From contig CASEWY010000119.1 of the NCBI GenBank assembly GCA_949291625.1, positions 1 to 38,344 on the forward strand: 38,344 nt of DNA, read 5' to 3'. The DNA is from an uncultured Bacillota bacterium. Its GTDB lineage: Bacteria; Bacillota_I; Bacilli_A; Erysipelotrichales; Erysipelotrichaceae. The stretch's first letter is position 1, and each line of letters opens with the position of its first letter. Under the pieces are notes generated by a model, which made no database searches, was not told the origin of the DNA, and saw only the letters and a list, made by a program, of their open reading frames with translations. The position numbers were made by a program, and so were the translations under genes. This document shows, one piece after another, positions 35,435-38,344 of this stretch.

Positions 35435-37740
35435 TATATTAAAGCTTCCTTTATAACTTGATCAACATTTTCCACTGGAATATATGTCATATCATTCTTT
35501 ACAATATCAGGAATTTCATCCATATCTTTCATATTGCCTTTTGGAATAATGATAGTTTTAATTCCTACACGATGAGCTGCCAAAGATTTTTCTCTTAAAC
35601 CACCAATAGGTAAAACATTACCACGCAATGTAACTTCACCTGTCATCGCAATATCTTTCTTTACTTTTTGATTAGTTAAAGCACTTACTAATGCAGTAGT
35701 TAATGTAACACCAGCACTTGGACCATCCTTAGGAACAGCTCCTTCAGGTACATGAATATGAATATCATGATTTTCAAAGAATTTAACATCAATATTAAAT
35801 TGTTTAGCATGAGATTTAACATAGTCTAAAGCAATCTCTGTAGATTCTTTCATTACATCACCTAATTGACCTGTAACAACCAAACGTCCTTTACCTTCAA
35901 AATAAGTAACTTCTACTGGTAAAGTATCGCCACCAAAAGCGGTATATGCTAAACCTGTAACTACCCCTACTTGATCCTTCTTTTCTTTAATACCATATTC
36001 AAAAATTTCTTTACCAAGCCATTCATTAATTAACTTTTTACTAATTTTAATTGATTTTTTATTGTCTTTTAAGATAGCTAATACGGTTTTTCTACACAAA
36101 GTAGCAATCGTTCTTTGCAATTGTCTTACACCAGCCTCACGAGTATAATGACGAATTAAATAAATTAATTCATTTTCATTAATTTTAAATTGTGAAGGTT
36201 TAAGTCCATTAGTAGCTATTTCTTTAGGTAATAAATGATTAATCGCAATTTGAACCTTCTCTACTTCTGTATAACTACTTAAATTAATAATTTCTAAACG
36301 ATCTCTTAAGGCTTCAGGAATATTTTCTAAATAGTTTGCTGTTGCAACAAATAATACTTTTGATAAATCATAAGGTTCCTCTAAATAATGATCAGAGAAT
36401 TGACTATTTTGCTCAGGATCTAAAACTTCTAACATAGCAGAGCTTGGATCACCTTTATAGTCATTACCAAGTTTATCTATCTCATCGATTAAAAATACCG
36501 GATTTATCACTTTAGCTCTTTTCATGCTTTGGATTATTCTACCTGGCATACTTCCTAGATAAGTACGGCGATGGCCCCTAATTTCTGCTTCATCTTTAAC
36601 ACCACCTAAGCTCATCTTAACAAAATTACGATTTAAAGCATTAGCAATAGATTTAGCTAAACTTGTTTTACCAACTCCAGGAGGGCCTACCAAACATAAG
36701 ATAGGAGCTTTTAAAGAATTAGTCATTTGTTTTACAGCTAAATATTCCATGACTCTTTCTTTAACTTTTTCTAGTCCATAATGTTCATTATTTAAAACTT
36801 CCATTACTTTATTTAGATCTTCTTCATCTTTTGTTTCTTCATACCAAGGAACATTTAATAACCAATCTAAATAAGTTCTAACCACGCTAGCTTCTTGCGA
36901 TGCACTAGGTAATTGTTCATATCTTTTTAATTCTTCAAGTGCTTTAGCTTTTACATGTTCTGGATATGGATTATCATTTATTTTAGCACGCAAAGCTTCA
37001 ACATCATCATCACCATTAGGAACATCGCCTAATTCTTCTTTTATTGCTCGCATTTTTTCACGCAAATAATATTCTTTTTGACTCTCATCAATTTTTTCTT
37101 TAACTTTACTATTTATTCTATTTTCAATCTTCGTCATTTCTTTTTCTTTATTCAAGATTTCAAGAATATGTAATAGTCTTTCATTAACATCTGCCATTTC
37201 TAAAAGCTCTTGACGTTCATCAAGACTTAAGTTATAAAATTGCGCAAATTGATCAGATAAAAGTGATGCACTAACACCTTTAGATAATTGATCAATAATC
37301 TCTGTAGGAAAAGAATTTACTACTGAAGCAATGCTTTCAAATTCACGAATAACTTTTCTAGCTAAGGTTATTTCTTCATTTGAATCACCAACAATATCAT
37401 ATACTGCTTCTACATGAGCAAACATAACTCCATCTTCGGTAGTATAATCAATTACTCTTGCTCTTTGTTGTCCAATAAAAGTAACTCTTAAAAAACCATT
37501 CTTTCTACGAATAAATTTAATTTTACAAATAGTACCAACTTGATATAAGTTATCATATTTAATATCTTCTTGAAGAATATCTTTTTGGCAAACTACAAAT
37601 ATATTACTTTCATAAACACCTTGTGAAATGTCTACAGCTTTTATACTTGCATTTCTGCCTACTTCTACGATAACTTCTTGGTCAGGAAATACGATTACAC
37701 CTCTGGTGCAAACAACAGGTAATTGTAGTTCATTTTCCAT
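35434..37740 (-). CDS. lon: ATP-dependent Lon protease (LonA)
   Basis: 768 aa with an N-terminal LON domain, Walker A GPPGVGKTS, Walker B FLIDEIDK and the protease Ser in PKDGPSAGV. Confidence 0.97.
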   Translation of the reverse strand: MENELQLPVVCTRGVIVFPDQEVIVEVGRNASIKAVDISQGVYESNIFVVCQKDILQEDIKYDNLYQVGTICKIKFIRRKNGFLRVTFIGQQRARVIDYTTEDGVMFAHVEAVYDIVGDSNEEITLARKVIREFESIASVVNSFPTEIIDQLSKGVSASLLSDQFAQFYNLSLDERQELLEMADVNERLLHILEILNKEKEMTKIENRINSKVKEKIDESQKEYYLREKMRAIKEELGDVPNGDDDVEALRAKINDNPYPEHVKAKALEELKRYEQLPSASQEASVVRTYLDWLLNVPWYEETKDEEDLNKVMEVLNNEHYGLEKVKERVMEYLAVKQMTNSLKAPILCLVGPPGVGKTSLAKSIANALNRNFVKMSLGGVKDEAEIRGHRRTYLGSMPGRIIQSMKRAKVINPVFLIDEIDKLGNDYKGDPSSAMLEVLDPEQNSQFSDHYLEEPYDLSKVLFVATANYLENIPEALRDRLEIINLSSYTEVEKVQIAINHLLPKEIATNGLKPSQFKINENELIYLIRHYTREAGVRQLQRTIATLCRKTVLAILKDNKKSIKISKKLINEWLGKEIFEYGIKEKKDQVGVVTGLAYTAFGGDTLPVEVTYFEGKGRLVVTGQLGDVMKESTEIALDYVKSHAKQFNIDVKFFENHDIHIHVPEGAVPKDGPSAGVTLTTALVSALTNQKVKKDIAMTGEVTLRGNVLPIGGLREKSLAAHRVGIKTIIIPKGNMKDMDEIPDIVKNDMTYIPVENVDQVIKEALI

Positions 37741-37764
37741 ATAAACACTTCCTTTCTAAAAATA

Positions 37765-37798
37765 AGGAATAAAATAAGACGCGTTAAGCGTCTTATTT
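37765..37798 (-). terminator. hairpin terminator/attenuator between tig and lon
   Basis: The minus strand reads AAATAAGACGC-TTAAC-GCGTCTTATTT followed by TATTCCTTATTTTT. The 5' arm overlaps the tig stop codon. Confidence 0.6.
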
Positions 37799-38344
37799 AC
37801 TCGCAGTATCTTTTATCAAATCGTATGCTTTACGAATCTTTACGTCATACTCAAGATTTTCTGCTGGAATAAGTTTCTTAACTTCTTCAACATCCATACC
37901 ATATGAATCAGCAATATTCTTGTATTCTGTATCAACATCGCCATCTTCAACTTTTAATTCTTCTTTATTTGCGATAGCTTCAAGAACTAATCTGAATTTT
38001 ACTTTATTTTCAGCATCAGTAGCGAATTGTTCTTTGATTACATCCATGCTTTGATTAGTCATTTTTAAGAATTGGTCTAAGCTCATTCCTTGTTGTTGTA
38101 AACGCATAGCAAAGTCATTAATTAAACTATTTGTTTCATCATCAATCATAGCTTGAGGAATATCTACTTTAACCCCATCAACTACTTTAGTCATTAAATC
38201 GTTAACTGCTTTATCTTCAGCAGCACGAGTTTTGTCATCAGTGATATTATTCTTGATATGTTCTTTTAATTGTTCAATAGTTTCAACTCCTTGAGCATTA
38301 ACATCTTTAGCAAACTCATCATCTAATTCTGGTAATACTTTAGT
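37793..38344 (-). CDS. tig: trigger factor, C-terminal part (N-terminus beyond the right edge)
   Basis: The frame stays open to the window end (552 nt = 184 codons). My translation of 38195..38344 gives TKVLPELDDEFAKDVNAQGVETIEQLKEHIKNNITDDKTRAAEDKAVNDL, typical of the trigger-factor C-domain. The Met at 38194 in the track is internal. Confidence 0.9.
   Translation of the reverse strand, partial: TKVLPELDDEFAKDVNAQGVETIEQLKEHIKNNITDDKTRAAEDKAVNDLMTKVVDGVKVDIPQAMIDDETNSLINDFAMRLQQQGMSLDQFLKMTNQSMDVIKEQFATDAENKVKFRLVLEAIANKEELKVEDGDVDTEYKNIADSYGMDVEEVKKLIPAENLEYDVKIRKAYDLIKDTASK

Noticed and set aside
38192-38194. Met at 38194 as the start of a 133-aa protein.
   Set aside because: The frame remains open to the window edge, and the upstream translation is typical trigger-factor sequence. 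The Met is internal.
1-38344. CRISPR arrays, tandem repeats, IS elements, toxin-antitoxin pairs and known defence systems.
   Set aside because: A scan by eye of all intergenic regions (all <=275 nt) and of ORF products found no repeat-spacer periodicity, no transposase/IS termini and no defence-associated domains. Every ORF >=100 aa has a metabolic, housekeeping or regulatory assignment.

Overview
Strongly AT-rich, low-GC Bacillota-type chromosomal segment. The gene orders nusB-xseA-xseB-ispA-dxs-recN and tig-lon-engB are classic Firmicutes synteny. An Erysipelotrichia/Clostridia-like origin is my inference, not a measurement. I support 34 protein genes, 32 on the minus strand, packed into a few long operons. 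(i) A nusB->xerD housekeeping/DNA-repair operon in which dxs is broken by one in-frame TAA. (ii) guaB, proS and fucO. (iii) A ~9.2-kb, 12-gene operon for a HydABC-type (NuoE/NuoF/[FeFe]) hydrogenase. It carries an embedded six-gene putative sensory/kinase/phosphoesterase module, is headed by an ABC permease and ends with a TetR gene. (iv) T-box-controlled thrS (with a translationally coupled lipoprotein SBP) and valS. (v) A ZIP transporter, a TetR gene plus a secreted flavinylated FAD reductase lipoprotein, and ppdK. (vi) engB, lon and tig. I saw no rRNA, tRNA, CRISPR array, transposase, prophage or recognisable defence genes. The best candidate for an undescribed system is the DRTGG / RsbW-like kinase / HydS-like FeS protein / DRTGG / PHP / GHKL-ATPase module inside the hydrogenase operon. 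The second is the extracytoplasmic flavin reductase of unknown substrate. All regulatory sites (T-boxes, cre, Rex-like boxes, a 16-bp palindrome, terminators, promoters) were read by eye and need computational or experimental confirmation.
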